Assembly (NCBI GenBank): GCA_963733095.1 | Contig: CAVTBV010000013.1 | Coordinates: forward strand, 192,001 to 256,000 | Length of the DNA stretch: 64,000 nucleotides | From: Candidatus Bathyarchaeota archaeon | GTDB taxonomy: Archaea; Thermoproteota; Bathyarchaeia; Bathyarchaeales; Bathycorpusculaceae | Direction: 5' to 3' | Part shown: positions 8,889 through 19,769 of the stretch, piece by piece | Position numbering within the stretch: position 1 is the stretch's first letter | How the letters are laid out: every line of letters starts with the position of its first letter | The notes under the pieces: model-generated | The model's database searches: none | What the model saw: the letters and a program-made list of their open reading frames with translations, nothing else | What the model was told of the DNA's origin: nothing | Made by a program: the position numbers and the translations under genes

Positions 8889-10593
8889 ATTTGAAGCCTT
8901 GTCATTTCGCCTCTTCGGCCGTTTCTCACCGTACATCTTAAAGAAGGTCTTCCCACAGATCAAAGGTGCCCTCGAAAAGGGGCGCGTAAAAATTTACTCC
9001 GAAACCTACGTTTCATTAATGTTCTTTATAGCATTATTGACTTTGCCAGTTTCAGTTTTAGCTGGAACTGCAGCTTTAATCTTCGGTTTTCTGCCTCTCT
9101 TGATATTAGTTCCCCTTCCACTTTTCGTTATTGTTGGCTTTTTAGTTGTTCCCATGAATAATGCCAGCGATAGATCCTCAAGCTTAGAGCGAGAAATGCC
9201 TTTTGCAGCTGCCTACATCAGCGTCATGTCCTCAGGAGGCATAGCGCCCTACACAAGTTTCAAACGGTTAACTCAAGTGGACCTCATGCCCGCGATGAGT
9301 AAAGAAGCAAGAGACATTATCAAAGACGTTGAAATATTCGGTGTTGATCCGCTTTCAGCTCTTGACCAGGCTTCAAAAAAGACTCCGCTGGATATATTCA
9401 AAGATTTCTTAGGCGGTTATGCTTCAACTGTCATCATAGGCGGTGACATCGGACACTACCTTGAGCGAAAGGCAGAAGACATCTTCAGAGCACGTGCTTT
9501 GCGAGTTAAAGCTGCTGCTGAACGTTTAGGGATGTTGCTTGAAACTTTCATTATCGTGATGGTCATGATGTCTTTGTGTTTTTACATTTTGTTTGCAGTA
9601 AACGGCATACAAAGTGGAGCCAACACAAGCGCAGACATATCGCAGTACTCAGGCATATTGCTATACACTTACATCTTTACACCTATGCTCTCGATGCTTT
9701 TCATCTACTTAGCCCACAGCATGCAGCCTAAAACGCCTGTTGTGGACATGCGGCCCTACAAAGTGTTTGCCGTATGCGGTGCTATAGGCATAGTTGTATT
9801 CCTGTTGCTTACAAACTTCATGGGCGCGATGCAGCTTCCACTCTTCACAACTTTGCAAACGTGGGGAGTCGATTTGCCCGTTGCCATAGCAGTTTCACTG
9901 TTCATTTCAACAGCTCCAGCCGCTATAGTGTATATGCGATTAACCAAAGCCAAAAACAGCATGGAGGCAGGCGTCGCAAACTTCCTAAGAGACTTAACTG
10001 AAGTAAGAAAAACAGGTCTGTCCCCAGAAAAATGCATTGAAAGCCTATCCAAACGTGACTACGGAACCTTCACAAAGGAACTCCGAAAAATTAGCTCTGA
10101 AATCTCTTGGGGGATTCCGATTAAACAAGTCATGAACGATTTTCTGCATCGAACACGAAGTTGGATGGTGCAAATCGTCATGTTTCTGCTAGTTGAAACC
10201 ATCGATGTAGGCGGCGGCACAATTCCCATGATTGAATCCTTAGCCCGCTTCAACAACTTAACTCAAGAAGTCGAGAAGGAAAAGAAAATGTCCGTTCGCC
10301 CCTACGTAATGATGCCTTACCTGGCATCAATTCTGCTAGTGGCAACCACCGTAATGATGATGGGATTAACCACTGGAATTGCTGTACCTGGTGCTGCCGC
10401 GGCTCCATCAGATAACGGAATGATGCAGACAATATTCATGTCAGCAGTCATATTCAACAGTTATCTCATTGGAATCGTTGCAGGAAAAATAAGCGAAGAA
10501 TCCGTCGGAGCAGGTTTCAAGCACGCATCTATCCTTGTGCTAATTTCAGTAATAGCTGCCAAAGTGATTCCGCAATTCATAAAACTCGGATAA
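8872..10593 (+). CDS. Type IV pilus membrane platform protein (TadC/FlaJ, two T2SSF domains)
   Basis: Two cytoplasmic T2SSF-like domains separated by TM bundles; overlaps the ATPase. Confidence 0.9.
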   Translation: MPLLDKFEALSFRLFGRFSPYILKKVFPQIKGALEKGRVKIYSETYVSLMFFIALLTLPVSVLAGTAALIFGFLPLLILVPLPLFVIVGFLVVPMNNASDRSSSLEREMPFAAAYISVMSSGGIAPYTSFKRLTQVDLMPAMSKEARDIIKDVEIFGVDPLSALDQASKKTPLDIFKDFLGGYASTVIIGGDIGHYLERKAEDIFRARALRVKAAAERLGMLLETFIIVMVMMSLCFYILFAVNGIQSGANTSADISQYSGILLYTYIFTPMLSMLFIYLAHSMQPKTPVVDMRPYKVFAVCGAIGIVVFLLLTNFMGAMQLPLFTTLQTWGVDLPVAIAVSLFISTAPAAIVYMRLTKAKNSMEAGVANFLRDLTEVRKTGLSPEKCIESLSKRDYGTFTKELRKISSEISWGIPIKQVMNDFLHRTRSWMVQIVMFLLVETIDVGGGTIPMIESLARFNNLTQEVEKEKKMSVRPYVMMPYLASILLVATTVMMMGLTTGIAVPGAAAAPSDNGMMQTIFMSAVIFNSYLIGIVAGKISEESVGAGFKHASILVLISVIAAKVIPQFIKLG

Positions 10594-10606
10594 GAGGCCA
10601 CGAAAG

Positions 10607-11440
10607 ATGCGAAACAACCTCAAAAGTTTACGGAGGAATAAGAGGGCAGCTAGCCCAGCTATCTCCACGGTCATAATTACCGCCGCCGTCGTTGTTATGG
10701 TTATGGTTGCGATGAGTTATGCGGAAAATATATTGTCGATGAAGATGGCGGAGAACGAGTTTAGCAGTAACCAGCAATTCATGCGCACGACTGGTCAGCA
10801 AATAGACGATATCGCATGGATGGTGGGTCGCACTCAAACTGTCAGCTACTCTGGCAGGTATGGACAAGTCAGTTTTCTTCCAGATGTTTTGACTTACACA
10901 TTTGAAGTACATACTACATCTTCAGGGTGGCAGCCTGCCCTGTCTTACACTACAGGTATCATAATGTTCAACATGCCTGTAAGTGCACTCTCGAAGGGCA
11001 ACGATTACTTTGAGCGGGTTCCAAATTACGCTAACAGTTCATTTATCCAGTCTGGTTCCTCAGCGCCGGTAGCTCAAGTGTTTTCAATAGAAAAATTGCC
11101 AATGCAAGACGGAAGTTATGTTAGAACAGTGGTTGTTCCAACTGTGCGCGTCCTAGGGTCAGCTGGAAACTTCAAGTTTTATCTTCCAACCCTCGATAAT
11201 GGCACTAACTTGTACAGGTCCCAATCGATAACAATGGTTGGAAACGACATCTCAAAGTTGCCAAAGGTCGAACAAAATGTTGACCAAGTCAGAATCACTG
11301 TAACTTTCGATAAAGCAGATCAAGGTTTCGATTCATATTTCTTCAACTTTAGACAGTTGATCGAAACTCAAGCGCTTTCTGAAAACTCACATGCTGAGAT
11401 CTACGTTGGCAACGTTGTCATCACAATAGGACAGGTGTAG
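10607..11440 (+). CDS. Pilin-like protein with class III signal peptide
   Basis: RRNKRA|ASPAISTVII followed by a hydrophobic helix. Confidence 0.75.
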   Translation: MRNNLKSLRRNKRAASPAISTVIITAAVVVMVMVAMSYAENILSMKMAENEFSSNQQFMRTTGQQIDDIAWMVGRTQTVSYSGRYGQVSFLPDVLTYTFEVHTTSSGWQPALSYTTGIIMFNMPVSALSKGNDYFERVPNYANSSFIQSGSSAPVAQVFSIEKLPMQDGSYVRTVVVPTVRVLGSAGNFKFYLPTLDNGTNLYRSQSITMVGNDISKLPKVEQNVDQVRITVTFDKADQGFDSYFFNFRQLIETQALSENSHAEIYVGNVVITIGQV

Positions 11441-11451
11441 GAGAGAGTGAA

Positions 11452-11928
11452 ATGGCCCACGTAACCATTGAATACATGATTCTGGTTCCAGTGCTGATCA
11501 TGCAAATTTTTCTATTCCCATTTGTGGCTACCACAATCATGAACACGTGGACAGATCAGCAGAGAACCCTTGAACTTCAAGAAATAGCAGGGCATTTGGG
11601 CAGTTCTGTGCAGCAACTGTACTTTACGATTAACAGGGCATCCGACGAGACAGGTTGTCTCACTTCAACACTTGATACACCCTCAACGGTAGATAATCAC
11701 TTCTACAGCATCTCTTTATGGGATGTTAGTAACCCAAGTTCGTCAGCTAAGGTAATGAAGTTAACTCTCAACATCATCGGGGAAAGCGGCGAATCATCGA
11801 GCCTTATAACATTAGGAAATAATGCTGCCTGGCAAGACGGGGTTACCTTCCGAAGTAACGTAACTTCCATCTCTGCAACTAAGTCATCAGGTTCCATTTT
11901 GCTATCTTTTGAAGGAGGACCCTCTTAA
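11452..11928 (+). CDS. Minor pilin-like protein
   Basis: MAHVTIEY plus hydrophobic helix; operon context. Confidence 0.65.
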   Translation: MAHVTIEYMILVPVLIMQIFLFPFVATTIMNTWTDQQRTLELQEIAGHLGSSVQQLYFTINRASDETGCLTSTLDTPSTVDNHFYSISLWDVSNPSSSAKVMKLTLNIIGESGESSSLITLGNNAAWQDGVTFRSNVTSISATKSSGSILLSFEGGPS

Positions 11929-11929
11929 A

Positions 11930-13171
11930 ATGACAAGTGCAGCTATAGACCACATGATTTCCCTTACAGTTTTCATAGCAGCAATAATAATTTTCATAAG
12001 CGTATTTAGCCAAAGCACCCAGACAGCACTTATCTATGAACAACATCGCGTTTTGTCGACAAAAACCAGTGACCTATTAGACACAATGATGTTGAATCCA
12101 GGGGTACCAGTGAATTGGGGAAAAACAGATAACACACCTGACTGTTTTGGATTGCAAGACCCCGATTATCCACAATACAAGCTTAGTGGGTTCTCGCTCA
12201 TGCGGCTGAGTTCTGTCACTAATCCACAAGTTTACTATCCTCGAACTGACACCTACTACAGCAACACATCGGTAGGTTACGGCGGCTACCTGTTGACTCC
12301 AGCCTCGAAGGTCCTGAATTATTCAACTGCGTCCAAGATGCTCGGAATAAATGGATCATACGGGTTCCAACTAACCCTGACGCCCACATTGAATGTCTCA
12401 ACAGCCCAAGTTTCCCCTGACGGAGCACCCTTAACCTTGGGTGTTAGTGTGGATGGTACTGGTTACCCGCTTGCTGATGCGACATTAATTTACAATTTCA
12501 TTTTAGTCAACCAAGACCAGGGCCAATATCCATCGTTCACGATGACAAGTGGCTCAACAACCACCGATGGGACAGGCTACGCTCAAATTACTTTTCCAGG
12601 GGTCAACTCAGAAACTCAGTCTTATGCCTTCGTAGTTTACTCTTATCTGTATGGCCTCAAAGGAATGGGGTACTACGTACATGTGCCCTTGTCATTCACT
12701 AAGAGTGTAGTTCCAATGGTCGATAGTTTTGCAGACAGAAACGTACTGCTTGTTCACAGCAATTCAATCGGGAATTCTGCACAACCAACTGAATATTCCC
12801 AGTTATGTTATAACGCGTCCTTTGGGATTCTAACCGACGAATACACCCTGCGCCAAGTTACCTTAGATCCAGATACCTCAACTGGAACGGTAACGGTTGG
12901 GTCAGGATTGCCCGACTACGCCACAATTAATGTCCCAGACAACGATGGAATACTGCTTGTAACCTACAAAGATACGGTGTCTGGTCAGGTTGGGATTGTT
13001 CTGATGCCTTGGGGGTTAGGCTCAATGGCTTTTCCGATGACGTTAGGAGCTGACCCTAAAGGGCAAGAATGGGTCACAACTGACATTCGCCAAGTAACTA
13101 TAGGGGGCTTTGCCTATGAAGCAAAACTTGCTATGTGGAGTTTACAGGGAGTTCAGGGGTTGCCTAAATGA
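11930..13171 (+). CDS. Minor pilin/pilus-associated secreted protein
   Basis: MTSAAIDH plus hydrophobic helix, GVPVNW motif; ATG at 11930. Confidence 0.65.
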   Translation: MTSAAIDHMISLTVFIAAIIIFISVFSQSTQTALIYEQHRVLSTKTSDLLDTMMLNPGVPVNWGKTDNTPDCFGLQDPDYPQYKLSGFSLMRLSSVTNPQVYYPRTDTYYSNTSVGYGGYLLTPASKVLNYSTASKMLGINGSYGFQLTLTPTLNVSTAQVSPDGAPLTLGVSVDGTGYPLADATLIYNFILVNQDQGQYPSFTMTSGSTTTDGTGYAQITFPGVNSETQSYAFVVYSYLYGLKGMGYYVHVPLSFTKSVVPMVDSFADRNVLLVHSNSIGNSAQPTEYSQLCYNASFGILTDEYTLRQVTLDPDTSTGTVTVGSGLPDYATINVPDNDGILLVTYKDTVSGQVGIVLMPWGLGSMAFPMTLGADPKGQEWVTTDIRQVTIGGFAYEAKLAMWSLQGVQGLPK

Positions 13172-14533
13172 TTCGTACAATCGAAGTTCTGTTTGTTATA
13201 ATTATCATTTCTAGCGCTTTCATAGCCACTTCTTACTTTACTGTTTTGCCGCCTCCCCAGCAGGTTTCACCCATTAACCTTAAACGTCTGTCGTTTACAA
13301 CTTTGCAGATGCTGGATTCAGATTATGATTTAAGCGGAGCCGTCTTCGAGACTGATGATGCTTCAGTTTTGAATGGACTGCGAGTTGCAATCTCGGCATC
13401 GCTTCCCCCCAACATAATCTATAATCTGACAATTTATGAGGTGAACCAAGGATCCTCATTCGACGCAACAGGAGGCTCACTCTACAATCAAGCCACAAGC
13501 ATCTCGAACGCTGAAAACTTGGGAACAACCACCGATCTCTCCACATACATGGTGGCTTCCTCAAACGTAACATTCAACTTCACACCTGAAAAAATAGGTC
13601 AAGCAAACGGGGGAACACTCTACATATTAAACTGCAGCGATGCAAACGGCTGGTGGATCACAGGTTACACGGCACAGAGCCTAGCCCAAGACCTATACAA
13701 CTTGCTTTCACCTTATTTTGTTAACACGATAATGGTGCAAAATACAACTCAGCTTAGACAACTTATCGATAACCAGACAATTTCTGGCTCACCCAGCGAG
13801 CGAGTTCAAAACGCCGTTGTTATCAACACTTTCGGCGAAAGCGTTCCAATGCCTTCGGAATATTATCAAGGTAATTCCCGCGCAAGTCTAGGTTATGATT
13901 CAGGCGCTCCGAGTGGTTACAACTACGTAAAGTACTGTTGGACTTTAGGAAACACTGTTCGGACGTACAATTGGACCTGGGCCAGCATTGTTGGATACCC
14001 CTTTTATTATGTTAGCAACAATGCAGTTTTCTCAAATGGACAGAACAATTGGGGTATTTATGGTATGAAAATGAATAGTCAGGGTGGCTCAAGAGCCTTT
14101 CTTGAAGGTTTAGATAATCAATCGGTATAACTATGATTCCTCTGGCGTCGCTAGTGATGTTGGAGGCGTTACGCTTACAAACCGAGCCATTGTTGCCACT
14201 AATTATTATGGGATTTACCCCTCGCCCTATCAGACATCCACAAGAGCGCTTACTAATTCCATACTATCAAGTTATAATCTGACTATTGGACTTACCGTTT
14301 TCAATCCTGTTGGTACCTATAATCCTGGGGCAATATACAATCATAAAGCTGCTGGTTCGACGAACATTACGGGGTCATTTTTGGCTTTAGGGCTGACCCG
14401 AACACCTGACGTTCGCGTCACGGGTTTGGGTCTGCTTTCGTACTATCAGCCAAGATTGTTCGCTTCAGAATTCAACGCAACGGGTACCAGTCGCGTAGCA
14501 GTTCTGCAACTGGGAATGGCGGGAGGCAACTAA
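13168..14533 (+). CDS. Minor pilin-like protein (~454 aa; +1 frameshift at ~14125)
   Basis: MIRTIEV plus hydrophobic helix; the +1 frame stays open from 14126 to TAA at 14533, abutting the next start. Confidence 0.65.
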
Positions 14534-14534
14534 A

Positions 14535-17364
14535 TTGTTGAACCGCAAGGGCCAGTTTTCAATCATCGCTGCTTTGCTGGTTGCTGTAGTCTTGATTGGT
14601 TCAGTAATTACCACTTACTCGATGATTCGTTACAACCCCGTTACCGGTCAACCACAAATTTTAAGTTCAGTGGACGAAACAAACTTGGGGCTTAAAGAAA
14701 TTTTGGGTTTCACAGTTGGTTATTATGGTTCAGTTCTCAAAGTCACCGGCAACCAAACATACGCTTATGACTTAGCTGTAAGCTACCTTAAAAGTGGACT
14801 CGAGCAGACAGGCGATGTCAGACCAGACTGGGGTGCACAGGTCAATTTGACAAGTTTAGACCTAACAACAAGTTGGTTTTCAAACGAGAGCTACAGCCAA
14901 GGCAACATGACAGTCACCTATAACTTGGCAGGTTTAGGCATATCCGGTGTCAGCTACTCTACTTCAACTCGACTAGACGTGCAAGTATCAAAGGCTAACC
15001 AAACCAATCAAGCACAATTGACTATTCTAATGGATGATGGGCAACCATTGATTAATCTGGGAAAAGAAAACTTGCAGTTATACCGTTATGTCTACAATTA
15101 TTCAGATTGGGAATTAGTTGAACCAACCAGCATTGCATCGTACTCAGATGGAACATACGTCCTTGGTCTGCCGCAAGGAGTAAACGCCAGCTCCTATGTT
15201 ATCCAAGTGGAGGATACAAGGGGCCTAATGGTTCTTGCCTCATCTTTTTCTCAAGTTTAACTCCCAATTAACATGGAACTCAAGTTCCTACCAAACAAGC
15301 TTCGATTACGTGGATAATAACAACTTGGACGTTTTGGGAACTCACAGCGACTTTGCCGCCCAACAAAACAGCCCCGACGGCGTCTATGATACTTTAACAG
15401 AAGCAGCCTCAGGAACAACCTACGTACCAAGCTATCCCACAAATTACAACCGCATAGGATCAACAACATTGACAGTGTGGTACACTTTCCAGCCTTCAAA
15501 ATAATGATGGCTCTCGTATGTCATTCGGATCTTATATATCTGGATCAAACCAAATCGTGCAGGTTGAGTTAACTGGCAATTCTGCTACGCCTTTTCCATG
15601 GAACAACCTCAATTGGACAATCGATGGCTCTGCTTCCACCACTGGTGTAACCGTGACTTTCCAACTTTACAACCCAATAACAGGTTTACCCAAACAGTGG
15701 AGACGGATACATGACCACCACATTTGGAACTGGCGATTCAACAATGCAACAGATAATAGCTAACAACACCGCTAATTATATTGACAGTAACGGAAACTGG
15801 AAAGTGAAGGTAATCGCTTTTAAATCCACTTCAAATCAATTTAATCTCAACTTGGACTTTGTACAGTACAGTCCAAACGCCACCAATTATGCACTTAATC
15901 TTCAAGAGCAATGGACAAACGTTAATGCTACGAACCTTCGCCAGGACTTATGCATCAAAACAGGCACTATGAGTTCGGAGCCTCTGTTGGTACAGGTGTT
16001 CGCATGGCGGTTCTTGGCAGAATTTAATGACGCTTACTCCTAACTACTTCAACAACGTGTCGCTGGCACCTTACATAGATTCGTCAACGTTTACCATCCG
16101 ATTTATGGATGGCAACAATGTCACAGACCCAATACAGGACAGCTGGAAAATTGACTCCGTCTATCTGCAAGATGAACCCGACATAAACTTCCTTGTAAAC
16201 CAGCAACAATCCACCTTCACACTTGAGATTCTCCAAAACGGCACGATGCGGTGGCTGGGTCAAAACATGCAAGTAACCACCCAAACCCTTCCCATCCCCC
16301 CAATCTCAGTAAAAGCATTGCACATAAACCAAACCATAAACGGCGTAAATCAGGAAGTTCCCTTTCAAATCGAAGATTGGGCATCCAATTACCAAATCCC
16401 ATTAGGCTTAACCAGTAATACCACGCTTTTTGGCAATCGCCAAATGATTGTTTTCCTATTAAACAGCAAAGTAACTGATTTTACAGTCTGGTGGAACGGT
16501 AGCGATGTGGCGACTCAGACACCCTTAGCATTCATTAGCAAGTATTTCGCTAACGATAACCCAAATGCTAACCCACCAACTCTTACAAATGGCAACGTTA
16601 CTCTTGCATTTGGAAACTTTAACGTTAAAGCAACCGTAGGCACAACATCAAGCACCGCAACTTTCATGCGTATAAACCAGCAAGCAAGCACTTATGGCGC
16701 AGGAGCGGCATACGTGATAAACCACGGTGTAGTAAGAGATATCGTGCAGCAAGAAGCAGAATTTAGCAACGGGGTAACAGGAAGCCCCAACCTCTATGCA
16801 AACATCGTACTGGAGTTACCCGCAAACTCAACCTACTACACATATCAGTTAAGAATAATGTTCATCGATTCCACCCAGGCACGCTCCATATCTGATTTAT
16901 GCCCAATTCAGTTGACAACATCGCTTAGTTCCCCACAGCTACAAACGGAAAATGGCACCCTCGCTGGTTTCCCCATTATCCAGAATGGTACGGGAACATT
17001 CCTCAATTCTTCAAGCGGCAGTTGGACAGCTCATCACTTTAGCCAGTTCATCTCAGCGGATGGTGGAAAGGGCGCTGGAATAATGTTCACAGATTCAGCT
17101 AACCAGAAGCTCTACGCGTTTGATTCCTTCGCTTCAAGCACCTCTAAGGGCGCCTTAAAAGCCAGCAGTGGATTGCTTGAACTGTTGCCTGTGAGTGCCT
17201 CGCAGGTTCAATTTACCTACGCATATGACATCACTTGGCAGGGTGCCATAGTAACGTTTGATGGTACGACGCCTTTATGCAACTTGTACGATGGAACAAC
17301 GCCAATGGGACTTTGGATATTGGCTGAGTATCCGCCATCCTTAGCGGTCACTCCCCGAAGCTAG
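14535..17364 (+). CDS. Large pilin-like/adhesin protein (~940 aa; four +1 frameshifts)
   Basis: NRKG|QFSII class III signal; five consecutive S/T/N-rich ORF pieces each offset +1 (~15254, ~15475, ~15685, ~16000). Confidence 0.65.
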
Positions 17365-17453
17365 CCTTTCCATATCCTTTGTGCGATGTAGCAGTTACCG
17401 ACAAAATCTTATTAGCCTAAACCACCATCAAACAACGCTCATAACAGAAAAGG

Positions 17454-18290
17454 GTGCAAACAGCAATACAATCATTCCAAGCAGGTTTAATTGCAGCAAA
17501 TGTAGCGGTTACTTTAGGTTTTCTATTTTATGCTTCATGGCGAGACTACAAAACAAGGGAAGTCAGCAACCGCGTCTGGGTAATCTATGGTCCCATAGCA
17601 CTTGCCCTATCCCTCTCTGAGCTGCTTTTCTTTGAACCATCCCAACTGCCTCTCTACGGTTTAAGCGTTGGCGTAACTGTTGGTCTTGCGTTTCTTTTGT
17701 TTTATGCTGGTGGCTTCGGTGGTGCTGACTCCAAGGCACTCATGTGCATTTCACTCGCCCTACCCTTCGCTCCCATAGCCCTTTCTATGCCCATGTTAAT
17801 CGATGGTTTATCACCAATTGCACAGTACATTTATCCCATAACAATCCTGGGCAACTCCGTTTTCTTCGCTGCCGCCACAGCCATCTACATGGTTCTACGT
17901 AACGTCGTTTGGCACAAAAAAAACGGAGTACAAATGTTCCCAGGGACGCTAGCATCCGAGTCCGTGGGCAAAAAGTTTCTGGCTATTATAACTGGTTACC
18001 ACATGCCTGTTGATACGCTTAAGAAAAAGCATATGTTCCCCATGGAAGACCTTGAGGAGCAAACCGAAAACCTTGGCAAACGCAAGCTTGTGGTATTTCC
18101 GCAGGATGAGGATGCACAGGACAAAACTATTAAACGTCTATCGACCGCAGTGCAATCTGGAAAAATTGATGCTTACGTTTGGGCGACCCCGGGTTTGCCT
18201 ATGTTGATTTTTGTTACTTTAGGTTTGATTTTTGCCTTAACCTTTGGCGACATTTTGTGGCTGCTGGTTAGGGTTGTTTTAGGTGCCTAA
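17454..18290 (+). CDS. Prepilin/preflagellin peptidase (A24)
   Basis: SWRDYKTREV and GGADSK catalytic aspartates; WATPGLPM. Confidence 0.9.
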   Translation: MQTAIQSFQAGLIAANVAVTLGFLFYASWRDYKTREVSNRVWVIYGPIALALSLSELLFFEPSQLPLYGLSVGVTVGLAFLLFYAGGFGGADSKALMCISLALPFAPIALSMPMLIDGLSPIAQYIYPITILGNSVFFAAATAIYMVLRNVVWHKKNGVQMFPGTLASESVGKKFLAIITGYHMPVDTLKKKHMFPMEDLEEQTENLGKRKLVVFPQDEDAQDKTIKRLSTAVQSGKIDAYVWATPGLPMLIFVTLGLIFALTFGDILWLLVRVVLGA

Positions 18291-18307
18291 ACTTAAAATT
18301 GTTAAAT

Positions 18308-18532
18308 TTATTGTAGGATGTTTTTGCTTCGTTTTGAATAAGAAATTGAGGCTGTAACCATGGACACTGATCCAAAACCGACAAAAGCAAGGGCGATTCC
18401 CCGATATGGATAAGCTAAACTTAGGCTTAAGGATTCGTTGTTGCCTCCGCTCTGGTAGGAATAGAAGAACATTGCTACCGCAAACAAAGTAATTGAAACC
18501 AATAGTAAGCTAACTTCAGTTTTAAACTTCGT
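18308..18532 (-). CDS. Small two-TM membrane protein
   Basis: Two hydrophobic segments; SD-positioned in-frame ACG at 18532 (first canonical start is TTG 18502). Confidence 0.6.
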   Translation of the reverse strand, partial: TKFKTEVSLLLVSITLFAVAMFFYSYQSGGNNESLSLSLAYPYRGIALAFVGFGSVSMVTASISYSKRSKNILQ

Positions 18533-18624
18533 AACCTTGCCCCTCTTTAGAATATTATGAATTCATATTCTAAATCAAAAGGTTATTTTAGCTTTTTGGA
18601 AATTACTCTTTAAGGAGCCTTCTT

Positions 18625-19707
18625 GTGTCCTTAGCACAATGCAAAATGGAACTTCAGACCCTTCTAGAACGCCAGCTCAAAGAATGTAAAGTCGTTGTCT
18701 TGCCAGATTTTTTTCTTGACCGACTCATAAACCTTGATTGTGACGCCGCCGAGTTTTCAAAGTTAGTGACAGATGTGGTCAAACGGAAAGGCGGCAGCTT
18801 AGACGGGATTCGCCAAGCGGACCTGCTAGGAGGAAACGCAATAAACGTAGCCTCAGCCTTAGCCAGTTTAGGTGCCACGGTTACACCGATTGTCTGCACA
18901 AGCGAATTTGGCTTGCAACAAATCAAATACCGCCTCCAAAAAACATCCATCGATACTTCCCACATAAAAACTCTCGGTCAAGCCTCAATAACCACAGCCA
19001 TAGAATTCAAAAGCCAAAATGGGAAAACAAACGTTATGCTCCGCGATTTAGGTGCGTTGGTCGATTTTGGACCTGCAGACCTGGATGGCGACGATTTTGA
19101 GTTAATTGAGGATTCGGATTATGTGTGTCTTTTTAATTGGGCAGGAACTTTGAGGTTTGGCACCGAGATGGCTCAAGCTGTTTTTGAATGGACAAAACGA
19201 CTCGGCAAGGGTAAAACTTACTATGATACTGCTGATCCAACTCCCAATGCCAAGGAGATGCCCGAATTAATGGCTAAAGTTCTGATGACTCATAGAGTGG
19301 ATATTTTAAGTTTGAACGAGAATGAGGCAATAACGTACGCAAGCCTGCTCGATGAGAGCTTAATTGAAAAGAAAACGCGGCTGGGCTTTGCGGAGTTAGC
19401 TATGGAGGCTGCAAGAATTTTATCGGATAATTTATCTGCAAGAATCGATTTGCACACTACAGATTTCTCTGCAACATTAAAAGGTAAAAAGGAAGTTGTG
19501 GTTCCCGCCTTCAAAGTTAAGGTTTTACGTGCTACCGGCGCCGGTGATTCTTGGTGCGCAGGCAACCTCTTAGGCGACCACAACGGGCTTTCTGACGAAT
19601 GCCGCCTGACGCTTGCAAACGCGGTTGCCGCCTGCTACCTTTCAGACCCAGAAGGACAACATCCAACCAATCAAAAACTAGCCAATTTCCTAAGAACACT
19701 CAATTGA
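18625..19707 (+). CDS. PfkB family carbohydrate kinase
   Basis: GGNAINVA, LNENEA, ATGAGDSWCAG. Confidence 0.88.
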   Translation: MSLAQCKMELQTLLERQLKECKVVVLPDFFLDRLINLDCDAAEFSKLVTDVVKRKGGSLDGIRQADLLGGNAINVASALASLGATVTPIVCTSEFGLQQIKYRLQKTSIDTSHIKTLGQASITTAIEFKSQNGKTNVMLRDLGALVDFGPADLDGDDFELIEDSDYVCLFNWAGTLRFGTEMAQAVFEWTKRLGKGKTYYDTADPTPNAKEMPELMAKVLMTHRVDILSLNENEAITYASLLDESLIEKKTRLGFAELAMEAARILSDNLSARIDLHTTDFSATLKGKKEVVVPAFKVKVLRATGAGDSWCAGNLLGDHNGLSDECRLTLANAVAACYLSDPEGQHPTNQKLANFLRTLN

Positions 19708-19769
19708 CACTTGCCAAATTCTTTTTTAAGCTAACTAACACACTACCATGCAATAACAGGTACAGAATA

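Noticed and set aside
7128-18290. Archaellum operon
   Set aside because: No recognisable archaellin, FlaH or FlaF/G; the organisation fits a non-archaellar type IV pilus
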